A stretch of 64,000 bases of DNA from Mesorhizobium sp. (GCF_024509055.1 NZ_JANINM010000385.1:67952-131951); one strand, 5' to 3'; numbered from the stretch's first letter, positions 21,404 through 31,597 are shown. Numbers and translations are program-made. Notes: a model not told the origin generated them from the letters alone.

Positions 21404-22837
21404 TCAGGCATATCGTCGAGCAGGCGAGGCGATCACGTCGTGTTCAATCGACCGGGCCGAGATCGCAGTCGGCGTCAGCGCTGCGGGGACGCATACTCCC
21501 CGGCGCGGCTTGCCCGTCAGCCGCTGGGGTCGCGCCAGGACCATCAGATTCATCACCGCCGCGCCGATCAGGAACTCTTCTTCCGCTCCGCGGATACCGC
21601 GCAGGTGAAGCCGCCTCATGCCATGCTTACCCTTGGCGTCAGCGAAGAACCGTTCAACCCCGCGCCGCAACCGCATAGACCGCTTGTAGAGCCCGGTTTC
21701 CACTTCGGCTCTGGCAAGATCGCGGACGTCCTCATCGTCCAGCCGAACCAGGGTACGACGCCGCGCCGTCGTGCATTTCTTCCGAAGCACGCACGCCTCG
21801 CAGTCACGCGCATCGGCTGCATAACGGTGTACGCCGGTGGGCAGATGGAAGGCATGATGTCGGAGCGGCTTTCCGGTCGGACAGGTAAAGCTGTCAATGT
21901 CACGATCATAGCTGAAGGCCGTTCGCGGCAGCTTGCCCTTGGTCTGTTGCGTACGGTCGATTACCGGAATGTGCGGGATTGCGCCGTGATCCCTTACGAA
22001 GCCGAGGAAGTTGGCGCTGCCATAGGCTTTGTCGGCCGCAACCCGCTTGGGACGATAATCAAAGCGATCGGCCGATCGCTCGAGCATGACGCGCCCCGCA
22101 TCAACTTCCTCCGCGAACCGAGCCGGTGTCGCCTTCACATCGAGAGCGACGCCACTCGGGGTGTCGACCAGCGCATTCAGGGCGTAGCCGAACCGGCCAC
22201 GCACCGTTCGCGCCGACCAAGCCGCGGCAGGGTCCGTTCGAGAGACGCCTTGGCAGCTTTTCGAGCGCGCCATTTCAAAGACGGCATCTCCTGTGTCGTG
22301 CACCCACTCCCTAACCGCGCGCGACGCGTTGGCGACATACGGCAGGTAGCCAGGAACGGTCTTGCGCTGCCAGCTCGCATCCGCAGCTATGAACGATGCA
22401 TCGATCGCGGCGTCTTTTCCGCCAATCAGTCCTTCACTGATGCAGCGTCGGACCGTGCTTTCGAACAGGATCCGGAACACGTCGGCATCGCGGAAACGAC
22501 CGTGCCGGTTCTTGCTGAACGTCGAGTGGTGCGGAACCTTGTCTCCCGGCGCGAGACGGCAGAACCAGCGATAGGCCAGATTGTAGCGCAGCTCCTCACA
22601 CAGGCGCCGTTCGGACGTGATCGCGTAAATGCGGCCGACCAAGGCCATGCGGATGAGGAGTTCGGGATCGATCGATGGCCGTCCCCTTGCGCTGTAGTGA
22701 CCGGCCAGTGCCTGTCTCAACTCGCCGATGTCGAGACATCGATCGACGCGACGCAGCAGGTGGTCTGCGGGCAACATGGCTTCTATGGTGCGGCGGGACG
22801 CCCCTTCCCGCTTACCGCGACAGGCTGGTCCCATCAT
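21404..22837 (-). CDS. IS1182-family transposase
   Basis: PADHLLR, GRPSIDP, SERRLCEE..NLAYRWF, PHHSTFSKNRHGRF, IDASFI, ADKAYG, CPTGK, VERFFADAK..G.R; AAGGAG RBS. Confidence 0.9.
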   Translation of the reverse strand: MMGPACRGKREGASRRTIEAMLPADHLLRRVDRCLDIGELRQALAGHYSARGRPSIDPELLIRMALVGRIYAITSERRLCEELRYNLAYRWFCRLAPGDKVPHHSTFSKNRHGRFRDADVFRILFESTVRRCISEGLIGGKDAAIDASFIAADASWQRKTVPGYLPYVANASRAVREWVHDTGDAVFEMARSKSCQGVSRTDPAAAWSARTVRGRFGYALNALVDTPSGVALDVKATPARFAEEVDAGRVMLERSADRFDYRPKRVAADKAYGSANFLGFVRDHGAIPHIPVIDRTQQTKGKLPRTAFSYDRDIDSFTCPTGKPLRHHAFHLPTGVHRYAADARDCEACVLRKKCTTARRRTLVRLDDEDVRDLARAEVETGLYKRSMRLRRGVERFFADAKGKHGMRRLHLRGIRGAEEEFLIGAAVMNLMVLARPQRLTGKPRRGVCVPAALTPTAISARSIEHDVIASPARRYA

Positions 22838-22906
22838 AGCGACGCTCCTTTCGGCAGGGGTGAAACGAAGGAGCAACCCGGCATGTCCGGCATTTTTCAA
22901 CAGGCC

Positions 22907-23030
22907 CGACCGTTTCTGACGAGCCGGTCGGCCTGCCTACCCCGCAACGTAAATCTGCGGGCCGGACTTTGTCAAAACTGTTCTGGAAACCGACTTCGCA
23001 AAACGGTATGCTCCGCACTGGTTTGGAGAA
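22907..23030. promoter_or_regulatory. res-like site of resolvase 3; outer subsite interrupted at 22906
   Basis: CGACCG-TTTCTGAC abuts the IS IR; further TGTCAAAAC/CGCAAAAC half-sites lie before the gene. Confidence 0.45.
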
Positions 23031-23042
23031 GATCGGACGCCC

Positions 23043-23639
23043 ATGCGGGTCGGCTATGCGAGGGTCAGCACCAGCGACCAGAACCCCGAGCTGCAACTCG
23101 ACGCGCTGCGCCGCGCGGGCTGCGAGCGGGTGTTCACCGAGAAGGCGTCGGGTGCGCGCGATGACCGGCCCGAGCTGGCACGCATTTTGGAAGACGTGCT
23201 GCGTGCCGGCGACACGCTGGTTGTGTGGAAGCTCGACCGCCTCGCCCGTTCGCTCAAGAAGCTGATCGCCACGGCCGAAGAGCTGGAGCGCGAACAGATC
23301 GGGCTGGTGTCGCTGACCGAGAGCATCGACACGACCACGCCGGGCGGGATGCTCACCTTTCATGTGTTCGGCGCGATCGCGCAGTTCGAACGCGCCCTGA
23401 TCCGCGAGCGGACCACCGCCGGGCTGGTGGAAGCGCGCCGGCAAGGCCGCAAGGGCGGGCGCCCATCGGTCATGCGCCCGAGCGACGTCACCGCGGCCCG
23501 CGCCATGATGAAGGAGGGCACGCTCCCGGTGCGCGACATCGCCAAGCGCATGGGCGTGTCGGTCGCCACCCTCTACCGCTATGCCGGCAAGCGCGGCAGC
23601 GGCGTACCCGCCAAGGAGCCTGTTGCAGCCCATGGCTGA
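23043..23639 (+). CDS. Serine recombinase (resolvase) 3
   Basis: MRVGYARVSTSDQ, VWKLDRLARS, QFERALIRERT, GVSVATLYRY. Confidence 0.94.
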   Translation: MRVGYARVSTSDQNPELQLDALRRAGCERVFTEKASGARDDRPELARILEDVLRAGDTLVVWKLDRLARSLKKLIATAEELEREQIGLVSLTESIDTTTPGGMLTFHVFGAIAQFERALIRERTTAGLVEARRQGRKGGRPSVMRPSDVTAARAMMKEGTLPVRDIAKRMGVSVATLYRYAGKRGSGVPAKEPVAAHG

Positions 23640-25284
23640 CCGGGCGAAGCGACCGCCCGGAGAGGCGCTGGTCGACCTTCGCCGACGATTGTCGCTGTTG
23701 CCGCCTCGCGATCCCGGTCGCACCGAGATCGTCGCGCGTGCGGCCGAGGCCTACGGCATCTCGATTTCGACGCTGTATCGGGCGCTGCGCGAGCTGAACC
23801 GGCCCCGGTCGGTGCGCCGGTCCGACCACGGTGCGACGCGGGTCGCGCCGCAAGCGGAGATGGAACGCTATGCCGAGATCGTCGCCGCGCTGAAGATCAG
23901 GACCACCAACAAGAAAGGTCGGCACGTCTCGACCGCCCGTGGCATCGAGTTTCTGGAAACCGATGGCGTCGAGACGCCGGAGGGTCTGGTCAAGGTCGCG
24001 CCCGGGCTGCTGAAGCGGGCGACCATCGACCGGCTGCTCCGCTCGTCGGGGCTGGACTATGCCCGCGTCACCCGCCCGCACGCGGCCGTCCGTTTCCAGG
24101 CACGGCGATCCAACGAGCTGTGGCACTTCGACATGAGCCCGTCCGACCTCAAGCAGGTCGAGGCACCGCTATGGATCGAACAGGGGCGCGGCAAACCCAC
24201 GCTGATGCTGTTCTCGGCCGTCGATGACTGTTCGGGCGTGGTCTATCAGGAATATCGCAGCGTCTATGGCGAGGACGCCGAGTCTGCGCTGCGTTTCCTG
24301 TTCAACGCCTTCGCCGCCAAGCCCGAACCCGAGCTGCCGTTCCAGGGCCTGCCGGTCACGATCTACATGGACAACGGCCCGGTCAGCCGGTCGCGTGTGT
24401 TCCAGTCGGTGATGGGCAGCCTCGGCATTCGCGTCCTCACCCACCTTCCGCCCAGGCTGGACGACCGGCACACCGCGGCCCGTGCCAAGGGCAAGGTCGA
24501 GCGACCGTTCCGCACGGTGAAGGAGGTGCACGAGACGCTGTACCACTTCCACAAGCCGAAGGACGAGGCGGAAGCCAATCTGTGGATGCGCCGCGCGCTG
24601 GTCACCTACAACAATGGCGCCCATCGCTCTGAGCCGCACGCCCGGATCGAGCACTGGTTGCGGCATCTACCCGGCGAGGGCGTGCGCGCCATGTGCTCGT
24701 GGGAGCGGTTTTGCGCCTTCGCCCGCGAGCCCGAACGGCGCACCGTCGCCGGCGACGCGACCGTCTCGGTCGAGGGCGCTTCCTACGAGGTGGAGCCTGA
24801 ACTCGCCGGCGAAACGGTGACGTTACTCTGGGGTCTGTTCGACCAGCAGCTCTTCGTGGAGCATGACGGAAAGCGGCACGGACCCTACGAGCCGTCGCGC
24901 GGGACGGTGCCCCTATACCGCTACCGCAAATACCAGAAGAGCCGCGCCGAGGAGCGGCTCGACAAGGTGGTCCGGCTCGCCGACCAGCTCGGGCTGCCCC
25001 GTGCGACCGTGACGGGCGGCGACCGCCCGCTGCCGTCACTGCCGCCCTCGGCCGCAGGCATCGCAGTCCGGCAGACCCCTTTTCCCGAACCGGTGGCCGA
25101 GACGGCATACCCGACCGGGCTCGCCGCCCGCCACGCCATCGTCGACCAGCTACGGCGACCGCTCGGCTCGCTGCCCGAGGCGGACCGCGCCTTCATCGAC
25201 GCCCTGCTGGGCGAAACGCTCGACAAGACCATCATCGCCGACCGCATCAGCGAGCGGTTCCAGGCCAAACGGGGGACAAGCTGA
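23632..25284 (+). CDS. DDE integrase/transposase (rve; IS481/Mu/TniA-like)
   Basis: N-terminal HTH (YGISISTLYR), LWHFDMS, IYMDNGP, AKGKVERPFRT; AAGGAG RBS; overlaps resolvase 3. Confidence 0.88.
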   Translation: MADRAKRPPGEALVDLRRRLSLLPPRDPGRTEIVARAAEAYGISISTLYRALRELNRPRSVRRSDHGATRVAPQAEMERYAEIVAALKIRTTNKKGRHVSTARGIEFLETDGVETPEGLVKVAPGLLKRATIDRLLRSSGLDYARVTRPHAAVRFQARRSNELWHFDMSPSDLKQVEAPLWIEQGRGKPTLMLFSAVDDCSGVVYQEYRSVYGEDAESALRFLFNAFAAKPEPELPFQGLPVTIYMDNGPVSRSRVFQSVMGSLGIRVLTHLPPRLDDRHTAARAKGKVERPFRTVKEVHETLYHFHKPKDEAEANLWMRRALVTYNNGAHRSEPHARIEHWLRHLPGEGVRAMCSWERFCAFAREPERRTVAGDATVSVEGASYEVEPELAGETVTLLWGLFDQQLFVEHDGKRHGPYEPSRGTVPLYRYRKYQKSRAEERLDKVVRLADQLGLPRATVTGGDRPLPSLPPSAAGIAVRQTPFPEPVAETAYPTGLAARHAIVDQLRRPLGSLPEADRAFIDALLGETLDKTIIADRISERFQAKRGTS

Positions 25285-26261
25285 TGCTCGCCGACGTTCA
25301 ATCCAGCTATGGGCTTGCCCGCCCGTTTCATGGGGCCGGCAATTTTGAGACGGAGCATCAGCGCAACCTCGTGCGTGAGGTCTGCGCGGCGGTGCAGACC
25401 GGCCGGCTCATCGTCGTCTCCGGCCTGGTCGGATCGGGCAAAACGCATCTCCTGCGCCGCATCGAGGACGAACTGGTCAGGGCCGGCAAGGTCGCCGTCG
25501 CCAAGTCACTTGCGGTCGACAAGCGCCGCACCTCGCTGCCGTCGCTGATCGAAGCGCTGTTCTACGACCTCTCGCCCGGCGACCGCGCCCAGGTGAAGAT
25601 CCCCAAGCAGGCCGAGCGGCGCGAGCGTGACCTGCGCGACATCATGCGTAAAGGGAAACGCCCGGTCGTGCTGGTGGTCGACGAAGCGCACGACCTGCAC
25701 CACAAGACGCTGACCGGCCTCAAGCGGCTCATGGAGGTGGTGGCCGATGCCGGCGTGCTGCTGTCGGTCCTGCTCGTCGGCCATCCCCGGCTGCGCAACG
25801 ACCTGCGTCGTCCGCAAATGGAGGAGATCGGCTACCGCACCACTACGTTCGACTATGAAGGCATCGGTGCCGAGCGCCGCGACTATGTCGCCTGGCTGCT
25901 CGGCGCCTGCGCGGCCGAGGGCGTCAAAGTCGCCGACCTGATGGACGAGGATGCGATCGACCTCGTCGCCGAGCGCCTGCGCACCCCGCTCCAGATCGAG
26001 ATGCACCTGACCCTCGCCTTCGAGCAGGGTTTCCGGCTTGCCGCCAAACCGGTCACGGCCGAAATCGTTGAGCAGGTGCTGTCGCGGGCAATCGACGACC
26101 TCGAACCCACGCTGACCCGCAACGGTTACGACGCCGGCGCACTCGCCAGCCAGCTCAACACCCGGCCGTCCGACGTGCGTGCGTTTCTCGCCGGAACGCT
26201 GGACACCGAACATACCCGCGAACTGACCGAGCGGCTCCGCGAAGCCGGGGTGCCGATATGA
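25284..26261 (+). CDS. ExeA/TniB-like AAA ATPase of the transposon
   Basis: Walker A GLVGSGKT, Walker B VLVVDEAH, LLVGHPRL. Coupled to the transposase. Confidence 0.88.
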   Translation: MLADVQSSYGLARPFHGAGNFETEHQRNLVREVCAAVQTGRLIVVSGLVGSGKTHLLRRIEDELVRAGKVAVAKSLAVDKRRTSLPSLIEALFYDLSPGDRAQVKIPKQAERRERDLRDIMRKGKRPVVLVVDEAHDLHHKTLTGLKRLMEVVADAGVLLSVLLVGHPRLRNDLRRPQMEEIGYRTTTFDYEGIGAERRDYVAWLLGACAAEGVKVADLMDEDAIDLVAERLRTPLQIEMHLTLAFEQGFRLAAKPVTAEIVEQVLSRAIDDLEPTLTRNGYDAGALASQLNTRPSDVRAFLAGTLDTEHTRELTERLREAGVPI

Positions 26262-26367
26262 TGCTATCGCCAGCACTTGCGCGACACCGATACCTTCTAC
26301 AGGTGTGCTTCTGAGCGACTCTTTACCCGACCTTCGACGCGGGATGCCGGGTTTAATGCCCTTGGCG

Positions 26368-26742
26368 TTAAGAGCATTCCTGACCCGACGGCGTCATAGC
26401 CGCGATCACTGAGCAGCCACTGCGCCCTTGGCCTCCGCTGCCAAGCTCCTGTTCAAGAAGCAGACCGGACTGTGGATCATCAAAGTAACTGACCGGCGCG
26501 TAAATAGAGGGCGCGGCAGTCCTTTTGCCCCGCTTTCGTGACCGGGTCTGCTTGAACAAGCGGGCGATCGCCAGAGGAGAGGCGCGCATTACCTTCGTTT
26601 CCATGGGAGAGAAAACGTCAGTATTGCAGACCCCGCAGACGACATCCTTCAGCAACCACTTGCCGTCGTCACCGCCCATGCCCGCCGGGACGACGTGCTC
26701 TTCAGTATAAGGGCCGTCGGAAGGACAGTAGATGCAGGTCAC
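26368..26742 (-). pseudogene. HNH endonuclease (HNH_5-like), probably 3'-truncated
   Basis: CIYC..TEEHVVPAGMGG..VCGVCN; GGAG RBS before GTG 26742. The C-terminal tail looks out of context near the transposon end. Confidence 0.6.
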
Positions 26743-26861
26743 GCTTGATCTCCGTGGTGAGCAAAGCTTGTCGGTCGTTCCGTGCAGTCTCGCCTGCCGT
26801 GCCGACAACGCTTACATCCAGACAGCGCAACCGATTGAGATCCGTTTCAACACCCAAGCGC

Positions 26862-27521
26862 TCAGCCCGACAACGCCATCTCGATCCTGTCTTCGCTCCA
26901 GTAGGGATCGATGAACGGACACTCGTAGCTCGGGCCGACATGATCGAGCTTAGCGGAGGCGAAGAAGCCTCTGGCGGCATCGTGGAGCGTTTCGGGAATA
27001 ATTAGGAACGCCGGTTCCGTCTCTGCAAACGGTAGGTCGCCGACGTGTCGCCACTCGCGCTCCCACTCGAAAAGGTAGGTCGAGACACCATAGGTGCCGG
27101 GCAAGTCCACAAAGGGCGCCAAATTCCAGACCGGAGCGGCCGGATCGCCGGCTGCGCTATGGACCAGGGCATTGATCGCCTGCGCCTGCGGCGTATCCTT
27201 ATAGGCATAGAGGATCGGCCCGCCGCCTCGCTCGACCAGAAACTCCTTGCGAAAGCCGATCCCGTGCTGACCTCGCGCGTCAGCCAGGCGCTTGAAGTGA
27301 TGAAGCGGCACCTCACTAAAACAGACCGAGCGCTTGGCGTGCGGAAGATGGCGTCCGGCACCGAACGCCTTCATCGCGACAATGCGCCGCTCGTACAGGA
27401 TCGCAATTGCGTTATCATAGGCCGATTTGAACTTAGACTCCTTGGCGAAGTGGACTACGTATTTGGACATGTCCTTCCATGCAGGATCAATTGTGCCGAT
27501 CAGCGGCATCGCAGGGGCCAT
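26862..27521 (-). CDS. AbiGi-like protein (abortive-infection-associated, ART-like fold)
   Basis: YVVHF, VCFSEVPL, GIGFRKEFL..GGGPILY, FEWEREWR. Confidence 0.7.
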   Translation of the reverse strand: MAPAMPLIGTIDPAWKDMSKYVVHFAKESKFKSAYDNAIAILYERRIVAMKAFGAGRHLPHAKRSVCFSEVPLHHFKRLADARGQHGIGFRKEFLVERGGGPILYAYKDTPQAQAINALVHSAAGDPAAPVWNLAPFVDLPGTYGVSTYLFEWEREWRHVGDLPFAETEPAFLIIPETLHDAARGFFASAKLDHVGPSYECPFIDPYWSEDRIEMALSG

Positions 27522-27562
27522 GGGCTAGGCGAACCGGAGCGGCATCGTGCAACTGCCATGGC

Positions 27563-27815
27563 TTACCAAGCTCCTCGCGCGACGGTCGCCGGCAGCCGCA
27601 GGTCACGAACCAGCCCGTCATTGCTGCCGATCGTCAGCGATGGCTTCTGCTTACCTCGACGCGTGCCGAACCATGTTTCAGCGATGTGGATAATATCGGT
27701 GTTGATAGGCCGGTCTAGGACGTGATCGATCAAGCGCTCGCTCAGCTCCGGATCGGGCATCGTAAAGTAGTCGCCGGCCTTCTTTAGCTGGTTGAGGTCG
27801 GGTGCTTCATCGGAT
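27563..27815 (-). pseudogene. C-terminal fragment of an unidentified gene
   Basis: Open frame DEAPDLNQLKKAGDYFTMPDP...GAW* runs into the Argonaute remnant head-to-head, with no clear start or RBS. Confidence 0.4.
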
Positions 27816-28625
27816 ATCGGCCTCGCAATCTATGCCAAGGCTGGCGGCATTCCTTGGAAGTTGGCTGACACCAAGGCGGAAACGGCCTTCATCGGCATTT
27901 CCTATGCCGTTCGTAATGACGACAGCGGTAGTCCACGTTTCGTAACCTGCTGCAGTCAGGTTTTCGATGAGGACGGCGCCGGATTAGAATTTATCGCGTT
28001 TGATACCAATGAAATTCAGGTACAACGGGAGAACCCGTTTTTGTCTCGTGCCGAGATGTTCCGAGTGATCACGCGGTCGCTCGAACTCTACAGGCGACGA
28101 CACGGGGGACGCTCACCTCGACGCGTGATGATCCACAAGACCACCGAATTCAAAAGCGACGAGATCGCTGGTTGCTTCGAAGCGCTACCGGTCTGCGAAG
28201 CGGTCGATCTCATCCAAGTCGTTGATGAGGTCGGGTGGCGTGGTGTCTGGTGGGAGCAGGACCCCAACAATCCACGCCGCAATCAGGCCGCCGCATATCC
28301 GGTCAAACGGGGAACGCTGGTACAGCTCGGCCCACGAGACGCGCTGCTTTGGATACACGGCGCGGTAGACGGCTTGGGCAAGCGGCCGCACCTTCAGGGC
28401 GGGCGGGGAACTCCCAAGCCGATCCGGCTTGTGCGCCACGCCGGACATGGCTCGTGGGATGACACGGCTATGGCGGCATTGGCGCTTTCCAAGATGAATT
28501 GGAACAACGACGGACTCTACGATCCCCTACCCGTGACCATGAGCTACGCCAAGGTCCTAGCGCGGGTTCTTAAACGAATGCCCCGCTTGGGGAGTACCCC
28601 GTTTCAGTTCCGCTTCTTCATGTGA
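27816..28625 (+). pseudogene. Prokaryotic Argonaute (short, catalytically inactive type), 5'-truncated: MID C-terminus plus PIWI
   Basis: GLAIYAKAGGIPWKL, AFIGISY, CCSQVFD, RVMIHKTTEF, RGTL, PKPI, LALSKMNWNN, LPVTMSYA, C-terminal FRFFM. No start codon or RBS and most of MID is missing. Confidence 0.85.
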
Positions 28626-28689
28626 CGCGCTCATTGACATGTGGCGCACGGCTTCAGCGTCTCTTCCTCAGATTGTACGTGATTCAAAG

Positions 28690-29556
28690 CTATCGATCAC
28701 GGAGTATTTCTTCCCTCGCGCCGACGTTCTTCGGATCAGATGCCAACTCAGGTCTGTCGCCGACACTCAGGCGATCTGAAATCGTCTGATGCAACGCAGC
28801 CAATCCGCTTGCTAGGCTCTGCTCAGGCAGCGCAACACCCTCCCGCCTTGCCGCCGCCATGATGTCCATCGCACCAGCGAGCTCCGGCTCAGCGTAGAGC
28901 ATTGCGCCCTCCCCCGCTTGCCACACCTCGACCAGCGCCTCGGACCGCGCGCGCTGCGCCTCGGCCGATCGGTCCGCCGCTATTGTCGAGCGCGGCAATG
29001 GCGGCATCACAGCACCTCGACGCTCCAGTTCGTCGCGGGTGATCGCAGCCAACTTGTATCGCAGACGGCGGCCTGCGCGATCGTCTGTCGGTGACGGGCG
29101 GTACTGGCTAATCAGAAGAGCGGTCAGCGCCGCAGTATCGACCGTCCGCGCCTTCTCCCGCCAATCCACGATGGCGCGGCGGGTTGAAGTGCGGTCTGCG
29201 GGTTGGCTGATGACGAAGAGCTCGAGCAGCGGATCGTCGAGGACATCGGCCGGCAATGGAGCGGCGTTGCCAGCGGCCGCGGCATGCGCCCAGCCCGCGA
29301 CCTGCGCAACACGGGCGAACCCCTCCCCCATCTCGCCCCGGGTCTCGGAGACTTCGGACGCGAGATGCTCGAGATTAGGCTGGAGGTCCGTCGCGATGGC
29401 CTGCGCAGCATCGATGGTCTCGAGCCTTGCAAGGATGTCGGCCTGATTTGCTTCGAGGCGCTTGCTGCGTTCGCCGATCTCTTCGACCTGGTCCTGCATC
29501 AGTGTCAGCGCGTCAAGAATGGCGGCTAGGGCGGCAGTCTGACTGACATCGCTCAT
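28690..29556 (-). CDS. Hypothetical protein (N-terminal coiled coil), coupled to relaxase
   Basis: 288-aa ORF; ATGA overlap with the relaxase stop; GGAGG RBS. Confidence 0.75.
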   Translation of the reverse strand: MSDVSQTAALAAILDALTLMQDQVEEIGERSKRLEANQADILARLETIDAAQAIATDLQPNLEHLASEVSETRGEMGEGFARVAQVAGWAHAAAAGNAAPLPADVLDDPLLELFVISQPADRTSTRRAIVDWREKARTVDTAALTALLISQYRPSPTDDRAGRRLRYKLAAITRDELERRGAVMPPLPRSTIAADRSAEAQRARSEALVEVWQAGEGAMLYAEPELAGAMDIMAAARREGVALPEQSLASGLAALHQTISDRLSVGDRPELASDPKNVGAREEILRDR

Positions 29557-30980
29557 CGCGTCGGCCCTCCCCTACCAGGGCTTCGATCCCGCTCCCGCTC
29601 GCGGGCCATCCGCGCGCGTTCTCGCTCCTGAACCTGACGCATTACCTCGTCGATATCGGTCGGTGCGGTTGCCGGATCGTGGCGGGTGATTGGTGTCCGA
29701 GTTTCCTCCTTCTGCCGCTCGGGGTCGACGGGTTCGGGCGAGCGGACCGCATCCGTCTGATCGCGAAGACGACGTGCCTCGATCCGGTCCCTCATCGCGC
29801 TGGACCGGGCGATCGCGGCGGCGATCGGGTCCGCTGGCGCATCGCTTGCCTCCGCTTCGAGTCCACCAAGTCGGGTGTCCAACGCCCGCAGCACGCGGAG
29901 CGTATGGGCGGCCTGGATGGAGTTCGGTTCGGGGTCGGGCAGAACCTCGACGAACCGTTGCAGGCTTTTCGCGACCGTCTGGTTGACGACCGACGGGGTG
30001 GCACTGAGCTCGGCGATCGACTGCAGATAGGCGTCCCTGACGACGGCCTGTTGCTCGGTAAGGATAGCCCGAACCGGATCGGCTGTGGTCGCGTTCGCGA
30101 AGCGTTGTGCGCGCGCGAGGCGGTTCGTGTCGAGCCGCGGTACCTGGCCGTTTGCTCGCACTTTCCTGGCAGCGATCGGCTCATGCTTGGGGTCTACCCC
30201 CCTCGCCTTCGCCGGCGTCGCATTCGCCTCTATGCCGCGGTCGCGCAGCTTCTGGGCGAAGCGCTGGCGGTAGCGGAAGAGGTCGTCACGGGTGGGGTGA
30301 AAACGTCGACCATCATGGTCGCGCCGTGCGAAGGTCAGGTGAACGTGCGGATGATCCCGGTCAATGTGGAGCGACGCGACCCAGGACCGGTTCGCGAATT
30401 CCTCCCGCGCGAAATCCAGCGCGGCCGCCTTGAGGCGTTCGGGATCGGTACCCGATGGCATCGAAAGGATCATCGATAGCGACGTCGCGCCCTTGCGGCG
30501 GGCATCGTCGCCCATCTCCCATTCCTGCCAATCCTGCGCGAGCTCCTGCATGGCGCGTCCGTCACGGAGCACCTCCTCGTCGCTCGTATACAGCGCCAAT
30601 TGCTTGTCGGTGCCGTGACCAAGGCGACTGATGTAGGCGAAATTGGCGAGCACGTGCCCGCTGCCATGCTGACGTCCCGTGATGCGAACGAGGACCTCGG
30701 GGACCCGGCGTGCGGTTCGGTCCATCGTCGCGATAGCGCGACGACTGACGGCGCCTTGGGCGCCCGCACCGAATGCCTGCTTCGTCGCATAAGGTTGGCG
30801 ACCGCCACCCGGTCGGCTCGTGGCCTTCGGGAACATGGAGGCGACCGCGAGCCTCAGCATTGTTCCGCCCTGCTTTGCTGGTGGAGGCGACCCGCCCCCG
30901 CTGCCGAGCCTCTGCTTCTTCGCTGGCGCGAAGATCCCCGCCATCGTGTCGAGCGTGCCCGGCGACAGGTTGAGGCTCAC
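29553..30980 (-). CDS. Relaxase, MOBP/VirD2-like
   Basis: EVLVRITG, ANFAYISR (catalytic Tyr), ILSMPSGTDP, 3H motif HIDRDHPHVHL. Start taken at the GTGA overlap with mobC. Confidence 0.88.
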   Translation of the reverse strand: MSLNLSPGTLDTMAGIFAPAKKQRLGSGGGSPPPAKQGGTMLRLAVASMFPKATSRPGGGRQPYATKQAFGAGAQGAVSRRAIATMDRTARRVPEVLVRITGRQHGSGHVLANFAYISRLGHGTDKQLALYTSDEEVLRDGRAMQELAQDWQEWEMGDDARRKGATSLSMILSMPSGTDPERLKAAALDFAREEFANRSWVASLHIDRDHPHVHLTFARRDHDGRRFHPTRDDLFRYRQRFAQKLRDRGIEANATPAKARGVDPKHEPIAARKVRANGQVPRLDTNRLARAQRFANATTADPVRAILTEQQAVVRDAYLQSIAELSATPSVVNQTVAKSLQRFVEVLPDPEPNSIQAAHTLRVLRALDTRLGGLEAEASDAPADPIAAAIARSSAMRDRIEARRLRDQTDAVRSPEPVDPERQKEETRTPITRHDPATAPTDIDEVMRQVQERERARMARERERDRSPGRGGPTR

Positions 30981-31597
30981 GCGCGCGGTGCTCCGAACGC
31001 GCCGGTCCAATACGCGACTTCGCCCCCGACATAGGCGGACAGGCTGCGCCGAGTGGCGTGCAGAACGATCTTCAGGTCGGCGCACGTCTCCAGAAAGGGT
31101 TCCGCAATCCGCGCGATGTCGAGGCTGCTCTCGGGCTGGTTGGCGGCATTCATGGCATGGACCGCCTGGTTGATGTTGCGGCCGATCAGAAGGATCTGCT
31201 TGCGGACTTTTCCGACCTCCTCCTTCATGGCCGGGCATAGCCGGAGCTGCGCGGCCTTGTCCCAGAGCTGCCAGCGCAGGGCGCGTTTGATCCACTCGTT
31301 GCGGGACAGGCCGAGCGGCGCGCCAACAATATCGATCGCCTCGATCTCGCGCCGGTTGAGGCGGACCGTCACCCGGACCTGCTCGTCTGAATGACCCTCG
31401 TGATCGAGCCTACCTGCCGCCCCCGCGATGGGCAGGTCATCATGTTCCGACGCAAGCACCGTGCGCGTGAGGATCTGCGCGATCCAGGCGCTCCGGGTCT
31501 GGCCATGGGCGGCCGCGACGCGGTCGATCTCCGCGATCAGATCGTCCTTGAGCCGAAGACTGATCACCACTTTCAAAGCCCCGTGCAGCGGTGCCAT
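30977..31597 (-). CDS. mobC: MobC-like relaxosome accessory protein (two RHH-like repeats)
   Basis: ISLRL..IDRVA..RSAWI, VTVRL..ID..RNEWI, IGRNINQAVHAMN. Confidence 0.8.
   Translation of the reverse strand: MAPLHGALKVVISLRLKDDLIAEIDRVAAAHGQTRSAWIAQILTRTVLASEHDDLPIAGAAGRLDHEGHSDEQVRVTVRLNRREIEAIDIVGAPLGLSRNEWIKRALRWQLWDKAAQLRLCPAMKEEVGKVRKQILLIGRNINQAVHAMNAANQPESSLDIARIAEPFLETCADLKIVLHATRRSLSAYVGGEVAYWTGAFGAPRA

Noticed and set aside
21377-23164. 595-aa + strand ORF and other long antisense ORFs (e.g. 5022-6218, 12434-13555, 48358-49608, 57025-58260)
   Set aside because: These are antisense shadows of well-supported genes in high-GC DNA, with no recognisable motifs.
27792-28625. Complete functional Argonaute defence system
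   Set aside because: Most of MID is missing, there is no credible RBS or start, and no APAZ partner is present.
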